Made by a program: the position numbers and the translations under genes
In this document: positions 1 to 11,735 of the stretch, piece by piece
Position numbering within the stretch: position 1 is the first letter of the stretch
Layout: every line of letters begins with the position of its first letter
The notes under the pieces: model-generated
Database searches by the model: none
What the model was told of the DNA's origin: nothing
The model's input: the letters and a program-made list of their open reading frames with translations, nothing else
Source of the DNA: the human T2T-CHM13v2.0 reference genome, Homo sapiens
Reading direction: 5' to 3' (one strand)
Assembly: GCF_009914755.1 (NCBI RefSeq)
Contig: NC_060928.1
Length of the DNA: 64,000 nucleotides

Positions 1-910
1 CAGGCTGAGTGTCTCATGTCTTAATGCTTCTCTGCCCAATCTATTTCCGGCTGGATGTGGAGTCTGAAGGCCTGGCACCCACTCTGGCTCTGTGATTTAC
101 CAGCTGTGAGCCTTGGGGTTGCTGCTTACTCTCTTGGTGATTCTTTACTCATTTCTATGATGGGGTAGAGGATAATGCCTATGCTTACAAAGTGGCTGTG
201 GGAAGTAAACCGGATGGGATAAGAATGGCTTGCTGTGGACCACAGGCACCGCAGGATAACCATTCCTCAGAACTCCTCGTACTGCTCTAGTGCTTGGAGG
301 TCCGTGTATTACCTCAGCTATTCCAACCGCACCAACCACGGGAGCCACGTGTCTACGTCTGACAGATAAAGATGCTGAGTTTAGAGTCTGCAAGGCTTGA
401 CAACCACAGATCAGGGACAGGAGCTGAGGTCTCCTGACCTGGAGCCCAGGGCCACCCGGAGCTGCAAGAAACCTGCACTCACAACTGCCTCCTATTTTAA
501 AATGCTGAGTCGATCCCACAGGTGGCAAACCAGTTCTGGGCTTCAATTTACAAGCAGTCAGAAAAGCTGGGTTGAAATCGCCACTGTCCTTCTATGTGGC
601 TGATGAGGAAGGATGACGGTGCCCACCGCTCCATCTCTCCAGCTGACCCCAAGCTGGCACTCACGGGTGGGCAGGCTCAGACAGGCCCAGCTCCACCAAG
701 TGCACTTGAAGCCGGAATGCAAGACATCCGATGGTATACTTACTCGAACCCGTCCTTTTCACAACAGCCGCGGGATCCGCTTTCTTTGGCTGACTGCTCA
801 GAGTCTTCCCTTTTCCTGTGACCCCATTAGACGCCACGGGGGGCTTTTTACCCTTGAGCTGTTGAAATAAACATATAAGAACATTAAAAATAAACACAAA
901 GTCAAACAAA
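1..910 (+). ncRNA. AFAP1-AS1: Probable 3' end of antisense lncRNA AFAP1-AS1 (terminal exon; begins left of the window)
   Basis: Known: the long last exon of AFAP1-AS1 overlaps 3' AFAP1 exons in antisense. Seen: clustered plus-strand poly(A) signals just past the 744-858 exon. The exact end is inferred. Confidence 0.7.
744..858 (-). CDS. AFAP1: AFAP1 coding exon (115 nt, phase 0-1): LKGKKPPVASNGVTGKGKTLSSQPKKADPAAVVKRTGS
   Basis: Acceptor TTTCAACAG|CTC, donor CGA|GTAAGT; 38 codons + 1 nt. Confidence 0.96.
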
Positions 911-930
911 TCTTGGTCTTTTTTTTTTCT
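866..930 (+). terminator. Polyadenylation signal cluster with downstream U/GU-rich element
   Basis: AATAAA 866-871, ATTAAA 883-888, AATAAA 889-894, then TCTTGGTCTTTTTTTTTTCT at 911-930. Confidence 0.7.
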
Positions 931-2513
931 GGAGTCATTTCTTTCAGTCTCTAAGTATTGTAGAAACTGGCATAGATGGAGGAAAAATCGAAAGTGAAAG
1001 AAAACCAAGATGGTTTCCAAACACTGGGCTGCTGGGATTCTGGGGAATGGCTAAGGAGGGTACGGCAGAGGCTCCGTAGGATGTGTTCCGCTGGAACACT
1101 GCAGAAGTGGCCCCTTTCTACTGGCAGACCACAAATGCTAACCAAGCTGGCGCAGGCAGCTGACTACCCCAGAGCACTCAGCTGAGAGGAGTAGTTTGTG
1201 TTTCTGAGGATAAGCAGCTTTTATTTCAGTGGGATGCCTTTTAGGAGAGGAGCACGACCCTGCAGTGTGAGTTCTGCTGCTCCAAGTGCTTTGACACTGA
1301 GTGACATCCTACTGGGATAAGTGACCGCCTTCTTATCGCCGACGGAGTCCGCAGAAGGAAGCAAGAGAAGCATAACACAGGCACAGCAGCAACACTATGG
1401 AAACTGAACTTCCACTAACTACAGGTTTCTGAAAAAGTGAAATAGTACTCTACTCCTGAGACTGATACAGGCCAACACGTTTTGCATTTTGCTGAAGTGA
1501 CCTTATGTGCAGCTTAGCTGTGTAATTAATTCAGCATGACAGCAAAGGCTCACTCCAGCATCCACGCCCACGCTTTTTTCCACGATACAGCTTCCTTCTG
1601 TTGCAGGCCTCACTTTTTGGGAGGCAGAGAGATCTAGCTCCAAATTCTGGCTCCATCAATCATTTAGGAGAAGTTGAGCAAGTTATTTAAACTTTCTGAG
1701 CCGCCATTTGATCATTTAAAAACATAAAGAGATACCTCCCCACAGTGTTCCTAAAAAGATCAGATGACGTGCCATACATGGATAGAGCATATGGCACATA
1801 AGTGCTCAGAAAGTACAAGGTCTCGCCATTAAAAACAGGTTCCCATTAAAATGACCAAATGAGGACAGGAAACCCAGAGGTCATGTAATTTAACTTGCAA
1901 AAATGTTTCCTATTTCAACAAAAACAAAACAAAAGGGGACAATAGTAACAAACACTCCACAGGGGAACCATACATCAAATGATTCCCAACCAATGTGGGG
2001 ACAATCCAAGAGTGCAAGATGGCAAACTGTGTGGCAGGGTTTTACCTAAGGCAACTCTAATGCCAATAAAAAGACATGTAGAAACATAGAGGGAGAAACT
2101 TTCGCTTAGTGAGTGCAACACATAACCTGACAACTTTTTGGCATAAGTCCTCAAAAGAGGCCAACGGCTCCCCTACCCCCGGTCCCCAACTACACTTAGC
2201 TCAGGGCCACTCAGACTCACTGAATGGGAATCCCCAGGGATGGGATCTGAACAACCGTCATGAAAAATCAAAAAGCAACACCAACCTGTGCATTTGATTT
2301 TTGATGAAGCCGACCTATTGGGAGCTACTGTTCTAAGTCACTACTATCTATAATTCTACAATTTTATCTGGTTATTTTCTTAAGATTATCCAAAGAATGG
2401 AGAAAAAACAAATATTTAAAACATGCCCATTTGCTATATATTCATATTCTTACATATGGGCTTAGGTCTTTAGGCAAAGCATGAACAATTCTTAGGTTAA
2501 ATATGCATGATAA

Positions 2514-2642
2514 GCTGGGCACGGTGGCATGTGCCTGTTGTCCCAGCTACTTGGGAGGCCAAGGAAGGAGGATCACTTGAGCCCACAGTTCAAGTCCTGC
2601 CTGGGCAACATAGTGAGACTTCATCTTTTTTTTTTTTTTTTT
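2514..2642 (+). mobile_element. FLAM/Alu monomer followed by a T-run
   Basis: GCTGGGCACGGTGGCATGTGCCTGT...CCTGGGCAACATAGTGAGAC; no second arm. Confidence 0.85.
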
Positions 2643-2752
2643 AAAAGGCCTAACACCACAAAATTACTCTGAAATGTTACTGTTTGCCATAGATACAGGG
2701 TGTGCAATGGACAGTAGTTCAACATCACGGTTATTATTGTTCAATGGTCATC

Positions 2753-2948
2753 AAAAGTCCTTATTATCGTCATCTAGTTTTTGGGAGTATACCTTTAGAC
2801 TTGTCATGGAGAAACACCACCGTACTCTGAATAATCTATTTCATGTTTAAAAAGTCCTTATTATCATCATCTAGTTTTTGGGAGTATACCTTTAGACTTG
2901 TCATGGAGAAACACTACCACACTCTGAATAATCTATTTCATGTTTAAA
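2753..2948. repeat. Tandem duplication, 97-bp unit x2
   Basis: AAAGTCCTTATTATC...TCATGTTTAA at 2754 and 2851; about 4 substitutions. Confidence 0.95.
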
Positions 2949-3357
2949 GATCAAAAGCAATGACTACACGGAGTCAACCCTTCCTCATTAAGTGTAATGG
3001 AAACATAGTAAAGAAACTTGCTGTTCAAGAATCTTCTGGAAAGTTTTATTACCCGTTTCTTTTAACTTCTCTGCCTTTAGTTGACATAATTCACAAAATT
3101 TCACTGGGGAATTTTCCAAGAACAGAAAGAGAGCCAGATGTGAGCAAAGAAACACAGTGCTCAGATAAACCATGAGCTCGTTAGAAATATCTCATCAGTT
3201 CCTTGGTAGTCAGGCTGCAAATTATATTCTAGTTGAGAAAAAAAAAACACATTATGCTTTGCCTTTGATGAGTCCCATTTACTACAAGTTGCAAAACTCT
3301 GTTGGAGCAATGTGACTTGAAGGTGGTTCTAGAATCTTACAGAAGAAGATGCCGTAC

Positions 3358-3609
3358 CTGCGAGTTGAGCCCGAGAGACGCCCTCCCCACAGAAGAGGTA
3401 TTAGTGACAGACTGAGCGGAGGCAGGATATTTGTAATGGTTAGAGGACAGCTTGTCAGCAGACAGCCTAGAGGCCTTTCTGTCAGCAGGAGAGTAGCGGG
3501 CAAAGATGTGCGGAGGCGGCAAGTTATCGTACAGGCCTGCGTTATCATAAAGCACCTCTTCTCCCAAGCCTCTGCTGCAGGAAGCAGGAAAGCCGTCTTC
3601 CGGTTCCCA
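3358..3609 (-). CDS. AFAP1: AFAP1 alternative cassette exon (252 nt, 84 aa, phase 0-0), neuronal insert of AFAP-120/long isoform: WEPEDGFP...LGLNSQ
   Basis: Acceptor TGTTGCAG|TGG, donor CAG|GTACGG; skippable in frame; 84 aa equals the 814 vs 730 aa isoform difference; two YDN motifs and a PPP. Confidence 0.92.
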
Positions 3610-5111
3610 CTGCAACACACATAGCTTTGTGGTTAGTGACTTGGACACAGGAAACAGCAGCTTTTAGCACAGTGAGATGTCATTTATTAATAGTACGGCA
3701 TTTAGCATACATTGGCACCCCAACACTCCTGCACACAGACTGCAGTTGTTATCAATAAGGCATGCACCCACCACCCCCCTCCCACACACATACACACACA
3801 GACCCAACACAAGCATGCAGGTGGATTCAAAAGGACTTGACTTCTGAAGCCTTATGGAAAAAATTTTTTTTTCCTTAAACCATTCCCAGAACTCTTGGAT
3901 TATGAAGTTTTTGTTTTGTCCTTTCTTTTAAAGGAAAAAGCAATGTTGATTTGGCATTTCCTTCTTTAGAGAACCTGGGGTTCAGAAGTTCTCCTAGCGC
4001 AGGGCGTGGATGGAAGGGGAGGAATGAGCATGGGACCAGGGGCCTGGTGCTCTGGGTCTACATGAAGACACACGAGGTCCTAGCAGAGCACCCGATGCTT
4101 TACACAGCACTTCTCACGTCCTGGACGCTGACTTCGTCTCACAGTCATCCGGGGAAAAAGGGGGAAATGGAAGCAGAGACAGGGCCTGGAGCCGGTGAGT
4201 GGCAGAGCGGAGGGAAGGGCGCGCTCATCCCCACGCGGTGCTCCCGCTAAGCCTCGCGCTCCTTCTGGGGACATGAGACTACCTGCAGGCTCCTCCAAGC
4301 CCCTGTGCAGGAGTCAGTGACCCAAGTCCTATGGGAACTGTCAACACACACCCCCTCTGTCCCCTGCTCTGTACTGAAGAAAGTGCCACAACCAACACAA
4401 GCAAAACCGTCTGTGAAAAGAGAAATCAAATCCTCATAGAAAATTAGATGCTTCCAAATCTAATGGATATAATGGTTTTATTTTAGCAGAAAATCTCTAA
4501 CAAAGGACTAAAATAGCTACATGCCACTGCATGGGACAGAGGAATCTGAGAACATGGGTATTAAAGTATTAACTCAAAAACTGATAACCACAGCCAGGGC
4601 CTTTTCAGGGGTAAAGGTCTGTATAAATCGCCTGGCATGACAAGAAAGGCAGTATTAATTCCTCTCTTATATTCCTTTTACCCCGTTGATAGTCTTCCTG
4701 CATAGTCCTTTCTGCCAGACGGTAATTACAACCTTTTGTTATAAAAATAGAGAAGACTTAAAATTCTGCAGTAGGAGTGTCTGTATTCCTCCGCAATCAC
4801 TTCAATGTGTCTATTTTTGTGATCTAAAAATAACGGCTCCTGCAGATAAACTCGGATATGAGAGTTTCATAATGACAACCTAGCATATATTTGTCCAGAG
4901 TTATTAAAACGGTCTAGACGAGACTATCATTTTCCTAAAATACCAAAGATTAAGTCACACGGAAGACTCAGAAAAACACCTACAGAGACCTCACAGAAGT
5001 TTCTAGTTTAAAGTATGTGAGTGTGCACACTTTCATCTTAGTCTAAGCATCAGGGGGAACGTTGGGTAAACATTACTAAAGCTGAAACAGTGCCACGATG
5101 CCAGATATTAG

Positions 5112-5418
<307 letters not shown>

Positions 5419-7636
5419 TATAAGTATGAACTTTTAAGAATCTAGAAATGAGGCCCTCCAAAAAGAGATGAGCTGGTAACAGAGCCGAACACACAGAAAA
5501 TAGTTTCAGGAAGGGCCTGGGCAGAGGAAGGCCTAATAAGCAAGGAAGCCACAAACATGTAGCCCAGCAATACACACACACAAACAATTCCTACATGCAG
5601 AGCCCTTTAGGAATGGCAGACCTTTGTTTCTACAACAGATGAAGCTGTGAATAGCCTAAAGAACACTTGCTCCTGGGGGTGGCCTGTAGAGTGTCATAAA
5701 AGTCTGAATAAAACGGGCTGGGTGGAGCTGGATGATCACGTGTGTGGTTCCACAGGGTGAAGACAGCATCCGGTTCACAGTCACAGGTTCGTGTGTAAGG
5801 CGTGCATGTGGAGAAACGCCTTTGAGGAAAAGGCGTGTGAAAGGGTCTTTGGGGGGGACGGGCTAGACACAGGCTCAGAGAAGTGGATGGTTCTCAGGAT
5901 GCAGATGAGTGTGGTAACTGGAGTCTAAATCCAGTGGTAAGACTGTGCTGTCAAGAGACACTGGGGTGACACAGGGCAAATGGAGGCAGAAGAGCAGGTC
6001 CCACCTGAAGAAGGGCTCAGGGGCTGGAATCTAGGGCAGGAACTAGCCTGAGAGCCTGCTTCACAGGCTGGTATGGTGCCATCTTAAGCAGGAAGAACTC
6101 GCACAAGCCCCTACCCAGGGGTGGAGTGCTGTGGTGACTGTGGGCACCCAGAGACACCCCAGGGAGGATTGGCTGAGGGGGAAAGGAGGAGATTCACTGG
6201 ACCTGATACCCCTCCGCCTAAGATGGGGGGCTCTACTGGATGGACTCTGAAGCTAGGATGGGATCCTAAAGTGGCTCTGTTTGCCCCGTGCCACCCTGTC
6301 CTAACATGGGACCTACAAGCGGGCCCTGCCCTGCCCAGGGCCCAGGAAGCTCTCCCCGCTCCTATGTCTGTTTCCCTCCCAGGTCCACTCACCCCCATGA
6401 GACTCAAAGGCCCTTTCAGGACAAAGACAATCGCTTCACCATTTCTTCTTCAACTCCTGGCACAGAGTCTGGCCACTGGGAGACACCCAGCCAATAAGGC
6501 AAGGGAGAGAGGACTGAGGAGGGAAGGGGGCAGATCAAGTGATGAGAAGATCCCTCTTTAGAATCAGGTGGGGGCCTCGCACAGAAAGGGCGGCCTCCCC
6601 CACAGGAACCCCAGGGCAGGTCCAGAGCAGCAGGAAGGAGGAGGCGGCCAATGGGAAGGCAACCGAGCCCCAGGGACACACTGCGTCCATCGTGGCTCCT
6701 GAGGGATGGGCCACCCACTTCCGACCCCGGCCACTAGAACCTGCTTTCAGTTTGTTTATGCTCCTGAGCACTGGGGGTCCTCAGCCCCTCTCTTCCCTCA
6801 AGGAGGCTGTTGTCTCTTGGTTCCTGCTGTGGGGCAGCTATGAATTTACGATGCCAGGGCTGATTGAGGACATTCATCAGGATATCGGGGAAAAGAATGG
6901 AGAATCAAAACAGTAAGAAAAAAGTCTGAAATACCTTCCAAGTCTATTTCATAGCCTTGGAAAACATAACAATAAATTTACTTTATGTCTACCTTTGAAA
7001 ATTATCTTAACATAGATGCCAATTTCAAACCCTCCCAGTACTGGGAGACAAATGGCATACTGGTTTCTCACAAGCCTCCTTCATTCATCTGCTAACTGTG
7101 AAGGCCTCATCTCTGAACGCCCAGGGCCGGGCACCGTGCCTGGATCAGGCAGGATGCTCAATACGCGGTTGTGAGATGAGTAACAGGCAGACACCGTAGA
7201 ACCAGCACTTGATGAGGCCTGCTGATTACACGTACGACACAGACACAACACACTGAGAACAGACTTCAGGACTCCTAAGGCCAGACAGACCCCCGAGGCC
7301 AGCGTAACAGGGAAAGCTGTTACTAAACACCTCCTGCATGGATAGATGGATAGATGGATATACAGATAGCGCTGTGCCAGGAGCCAGGAGCCTGGCTCCT
7401 CCAAATCCACCCCAAGGTAAGCTGTCGAATTTGTAATGTGGTCATTCCTCTATGTCATCATTTCCTTCCTGAGGGGATTTCACAGCATTTTAATCCCATC
7501 GGGAAATAACTACTCATTGATAACCTATACTGTGCTATGTTTTGATTTAACAAGTTATCCAAGTATTACTCTAACATGTTCTCCTTTAGTCAATATTTTA
7601 GTGGGCTGACACATTTAATTAGTGACAGCGACATTA

Positions 7637-7934
7637 GGCCAGGCACAGTGGCTCACATCTGTAATCCCAACACTTTGAAAGTCTGAGGTGGGAGGATCAC
7701 TTGAGCCCAGGAGTTCAAGACTGGCCTTGCCAATATAGGGAGATCCCATCTCTACTAAAAATAAAACAAATGAGTGGGATGTGGTGGTGTGCACCTATGG
7801 TCCCAGCTACTTGGGAGGCTGAGGTGGGAGGATCGACTGAGCTGGGGAGGTTGAGCTATAGTGAGTTGTGACTGCACCACTGCACTCCAGCCTGGGCAAC
7901 AGATTGGGACCCTACCTCAACACCAACAGAAAAA
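7637..7934 (+). mobile_element. Alu (AluJ-type)
   Basis: Diverged dimeric Alu; TSD-like TGACAGCGACATTA / TGACAGTGACATTA. Confidence 0.92.
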
Positions 7935-8175
7935 TGACAGTGACATTAAATGACAAACTGTCTACTAGCCTCAAACTATCCACTTGTTCAAATGCAGATT
8001 CAGATAAACAGCATGTCAGAAAGCAGGAGAACAGAGATGAGATGGAGTCTCCTTGCCTCAGAGCATTAAAAAGCTGACCTTATTCAGACCTGAAACCAGG
8101 GGAACTGAAGCACAGAATTTTCACAGCCTCGGCCTCTAACAAAACCAACCATTACTCCAAAAAAAGGGCACTCAC

Positions 8176-8293
8176 CGAGCCGTTGATGCACGGGACATCG
8201 TCATAATGAAGTGCCGTCCCGCTGGGGTGGGCATAGCCGTTGGAGGTGCCCCCTAGATATGGGTTAGCAGATATAACACGCCTGTTCATGAAA
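8176..8293 (-). CDS. AFAP1: AFAP1 coding exon (118 nt, phase 2-0): [39 protein letters not shown]
   Basis: Acceptor CTTTCAG|T, donor TCG|GTGAGT; 1 nt + 39 codons. Confidence 0.96.
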
Positions 8294-8531
8294 CTGAAAG
8301 AAAGGAAATGCGTTAAAATCCATAACCTGACCACCTTTTACTCCAATCAGTCAAGTCTTTAATGAGTTCTGACTTTATGCCCAAGGCTATGTCAGAGGTC
8401 ACAGGGGCAGAGAAGAAATACTAGACAGAATCTCGGCAGAAATGAGATGATGCACTGGAGGGACTGTCCTATAAAATTAGGATGGCACATAATCTGCAGA
8501 ACTGTGGCACAGATCGCCAGTAACCAACACC

Positions 8532-8703
8532 AGGTACACGCAGCAAAGCCTGCAAATAACAGGTGTTCAGAAATACCAAGCGTTTTGATTATCATCCGTC
8601 TCTCACTGTGGCCCCAACGCTAGGTACACGCAGCAAAGTCTGCAAATAACAGGTGTTCAGAAATACCAAGCGTTTTGATTATCATCCGTCTTTCACAGTG
8701 GCC
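8532..8703. repeat. Tandem duplication, 90-bp period, about 1.9 copies
   Basis: AGGTACACGCAGCAAAG...ATCATCCGTC at 8532 and 8622. Confidence 0.95.
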
Positions 8704-8714
8704 AACTCCTCTCA

Positions 8715-8855
8715 CAGCTTGTGTTCATAATAAAGTTTTATTGGAACACATGCCTCTTTCACAAGTGTGTTACTTCCAGAAGGACAACATGGCCTGCAAA
8801 GCTGAAAGTTACTGTCTGGTCTCTTTTGGAAAAAGTTCGTGGACCCCTGTTCTAT
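8715..8855. mobile_element. MER58-like hAT DNA transposon fragment
   Basis: AATAAAGTTTTATTGGAACACA...GGCCTGCAAAGC...GACCCCTG resembles the MER58A consensus. Confidence 0.6.
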
Positions 8856-9013
8856 AAGCTTTCCGGAACACTCATTCAACAAATATTTATGGAGTTCTTA
8901 GTAGTCAATCAGCACCACTGCCACCCCACATCTCTTCACCTCTTCCCTGAAATTTCCTCAACTTCTGAGAGCCGCTGACAGCGGCCCGAGAAATCCTTTA
9001 GAAGGTGTGCTAC

Positions 9014-9620
9014 TGTGGCGTAATAAATATGTATTTTGGTCTTTGTCCCAAGTTCCTGGTCAGGGCTCCTAAAACTCTTGGAATTTCATACATGAAGAGT
9101 AGGATGAGAGCTGGTTGCCAGGGAAGCCAACCCTGTGATTACGGCTGGAACTTTCCATAAAAACCCAAGAGGATGGGGTTCCCGGAGCTTCTGGACTGTG
9201 TGTATGCGGCGGTGCCGGGAGCGTGGTGCGCCCAGCGAGGGCACGGGAGCGCTGTGCCCCACATGCTTTGCCCGGCGCACCTCTTCCCTCACTGCTTCTG
9301 AACTGCGTCCTTTCATAGTAAACTGGTAATCCAGTAAGCAAGCTCTTCCTGAGTTCTGTGAGCGTTCTAGCAATGACTGAACTGGAGGGGAGGGGTCGTG
9401 GGAACCTCCAACTCACAACCTATTGGTTAGACGCACAGGTGATATCCTGGACCTGTGACTGGCATCTGAAGTGGAGTCAGCTTTGTGGACTGGGCCCTTA
9501 ACCTGGGGAGCCTGACGCTGCCTCCCGGAAGACCACTGAGGGTTGAGTTCATGTATTAGGACACCCAGCTGGTGCCCACAGAAACCTAGAGAATTGCTGG
9601 GCATGGGAAAGACCTGCCCG
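9014..9620 (+). mobile_element. MER21-family solo LTR
   Basis: TTGGTCTTTGTCCC..TTCCTGG..GCTCCTAAAACTCTTGGAATTTC and GGGTCGTGGGAACCTCC..GGCATCTGAAGTGG blocks, recognised by eye. Confidence 0.7.
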
Positions 9621-9689
9621 TTTAGTGGCCAGAGGTGAGGCCCAACAGTGTGGAGCCTGTGGTGAGGGAACGGCTCACTCCCCTTCAAG

Positions 9690-10450
9690 GAGGGCAGGCC
9701 GGGCCACGCCAGCCTCCGCCCAACACCCCCAGGGGCTTCTGAAGTCGCAAGGTGCTGCCCAGGGCCTCGGGGCTCCGAGGGACTGGGTTTCTGCTCCGTC
9801 CCTGCGCTGTGGCTTCCTGCGCTCGGTCAGTCTCCTGGGTGCCCCGGCACTCCCCTGGCTCTCGCGGCTCCCCCAGCCACTCTGCCTGCCGAACTCCTCT
9901 CCTGACACCCCTCGCACCCAGGTCTCCGCGTGGGTGCTGCCCCCCCAGGAGGCGGCCCGTCCCGCAGCCCCACAGCAGCCCCTCCCTCCCCTCCGGGCCC
10001 AGGGCAACCGCCCTGCATCTGCGTCCTGCCTGCTCTCCCCACTGGAGGGTCGGCCTCAGGAGCGCAGGGACCATGCGGGCACACACAGGGGTCCTCACGC
10101 AGGGGCAGGTGCCTAGAGCCTCGGCCGGGTTCCGAAGCCACGGGTCAGGACTAATAATGTAAATCCCAGGGAAGGGACCACCCTGACAGCATTTCCTGCT
10201 AGTGTGGGTATTTCATAGGATCCTGCGCTTCTGTGATCACCAGATGAAGAAAACACAGCGTAAGTGAAAACCGGGGAGAGAAACACAGGGGCAAGTGAAG
10301 CCCGCCTCTTTGGTAAGAAGTCTGGCAGCGTAGCCTCGGGAGGTACCGGGCTTGGGGCTCCGGGCTGGGCTTCAGCAGTGCGGGCCGCGGAAATGGCTCC
10401 TCACAGAGCGCGTGTGCGCCCCATGCTGGGGAGGGACGCCATGCACGGCT
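9690..10450. promoter_or_regulatory. GC- and CpG-rich intronic segment (CpG-island-like)
   Basis: Visibly dense CG dinucleotides (GCGCGTGTGCGC, CGGGCCGCGG) with an abrupt switch to AT-rich sequence near 10470. Obs/exp ratio not computed. Confidence 0.5.
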
Positions 10451-11351
10451 TGCTGCCTGGACACATTCTTCAATTATAATTTATAAACTTTTTCCTTTGC
10501 TTATAAAAAATTAATATATGCTAAACTTAAAGTACATAAAAGTATACGTAGGAAAATAAAATGAAGAAGAAAACATACAAGAAGGAAAGGCACAGCAAAA
10601 CTTGAACATTTAAGAGTTCCACAGTAAAAGATTTTGATTTTTAAAAAATACATATTTAAGGTTTTCTAATTAAATGCCTCATTGGAAGGCTTTTAGGGAG
10701 ACAGCGCTATGTATACTTTCTGTCAGCGAGAGGCAGTAAATGGAGGAATGAATAAAGCCTGGCCACAGGGACCATCCCCCCCTCCCCTGTGCCCTGGGCC
10801 GTACTGCCTTGGGTCTTTCTCCTTCCAGCGGCAGGCACGTCTCTCACGGGCTTGCATCTTCAGTTTCCAGCATATGCCCTGCACTCACCCTGCTGCAGCA
10901 GGGACAAAGGATGGGGTCAGAACAGAGGCCCTGGGGGGCTCCACTCCTGCTTCTGTGCTGGGAAGAGCCACTGCAGGATGCCTCTGACAGGCTCATCTGG
11001 CAGGACCTGGGAGCACAGGGATTAGGGGTCACAGGCACACAGAATGTCCTAAGTGGAGGAGGCCTCAGCCAGCAGCTAGTCACCCTTCACCCTACAGAGA
11101 GGGACCTGGCCCAGTGAGGACAACTCTGCCCAGTCCCCAAGAGGGCAGGGCCTGAGGTCGCAACTAAACACGAGGCCTCGGTCTTGTGCTTGGTGTCTTT
11201 CCACAATAGGATTTGCAGCCAAAGACAGAAGTGGAAATGAAGTAAGAGGCCACATGCCACTTGTTACACCAAAACCAGGAGAGAGTCAAGTGGAGCTATT
11301 TCACAATAACCTCCCGGGACTCCGAGGAAAGGGTGGCCAAGAGAACTGCCT

Positions 11352-11735
11352 CCCATCTGTGAATCTCTCCACGCTCCGCACCAGCCCCTGCTTTCCATCC
11401 TCTTCATCCTCACCACCCCATCCGTGCATCTCCCCACGCTCCGCACCAGCCCCTGCTTTCCATCCTCTTCATCCTCACCACCCCATCCGTGCATCTCCCC
11501 ACGCTCCGCACAAGCCCCTGCTTTCCATCCTCTTCATCCTCACCATCCCATCCGTGCATCTCCCCACACTCCGCACCAGCCCGCTTTCCATCCTCTTTAT
11601 CCTCACCACCCCATCCATGCATCTCCCCACGCTCTGCACCAGCCCCTGCTTTCCATCCTCTTCATCCTCACCACCCCATCCGTGCATCTCCCCATGCTCC
11701 GCACCAGCCCCTGCTTTCCGTTCTCTTCATCCTCC
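11352..11735. repeat. Minisatellite, 65-bp unit, about 6 copies, strongly C-rich on the plus strand
   Basis: TCCGTGCATCTCCCCACGCTCCGCACCAGCCCCTGCTTTCCATCCTCTTCATCCTCACCACCCCA recurs at 11356, 11421, 11486, 11551, 11614, 11679. Confidence 0.97.

Noticed and set aside
397-870. Short plus-strand ORFs as an AFAP1-AS1 micropeptide
   Set aside because: I cannot match them to the reported AFAP1-AS1 peptide, which I recall lying much nearer the 5' end of the lncRNA and outside this window. No coding signature is visible.
9625-10162. Six overlapping 100-160 aa ORFs
   Set aside because: Expected from high GC content; no recognisable domain or consistent splice structure.
10371-10390. REST/RE1-like site TTCAGCAGTGCGGGCCGC
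   Set aside because: The key CC and GGACAG positions mismatch.
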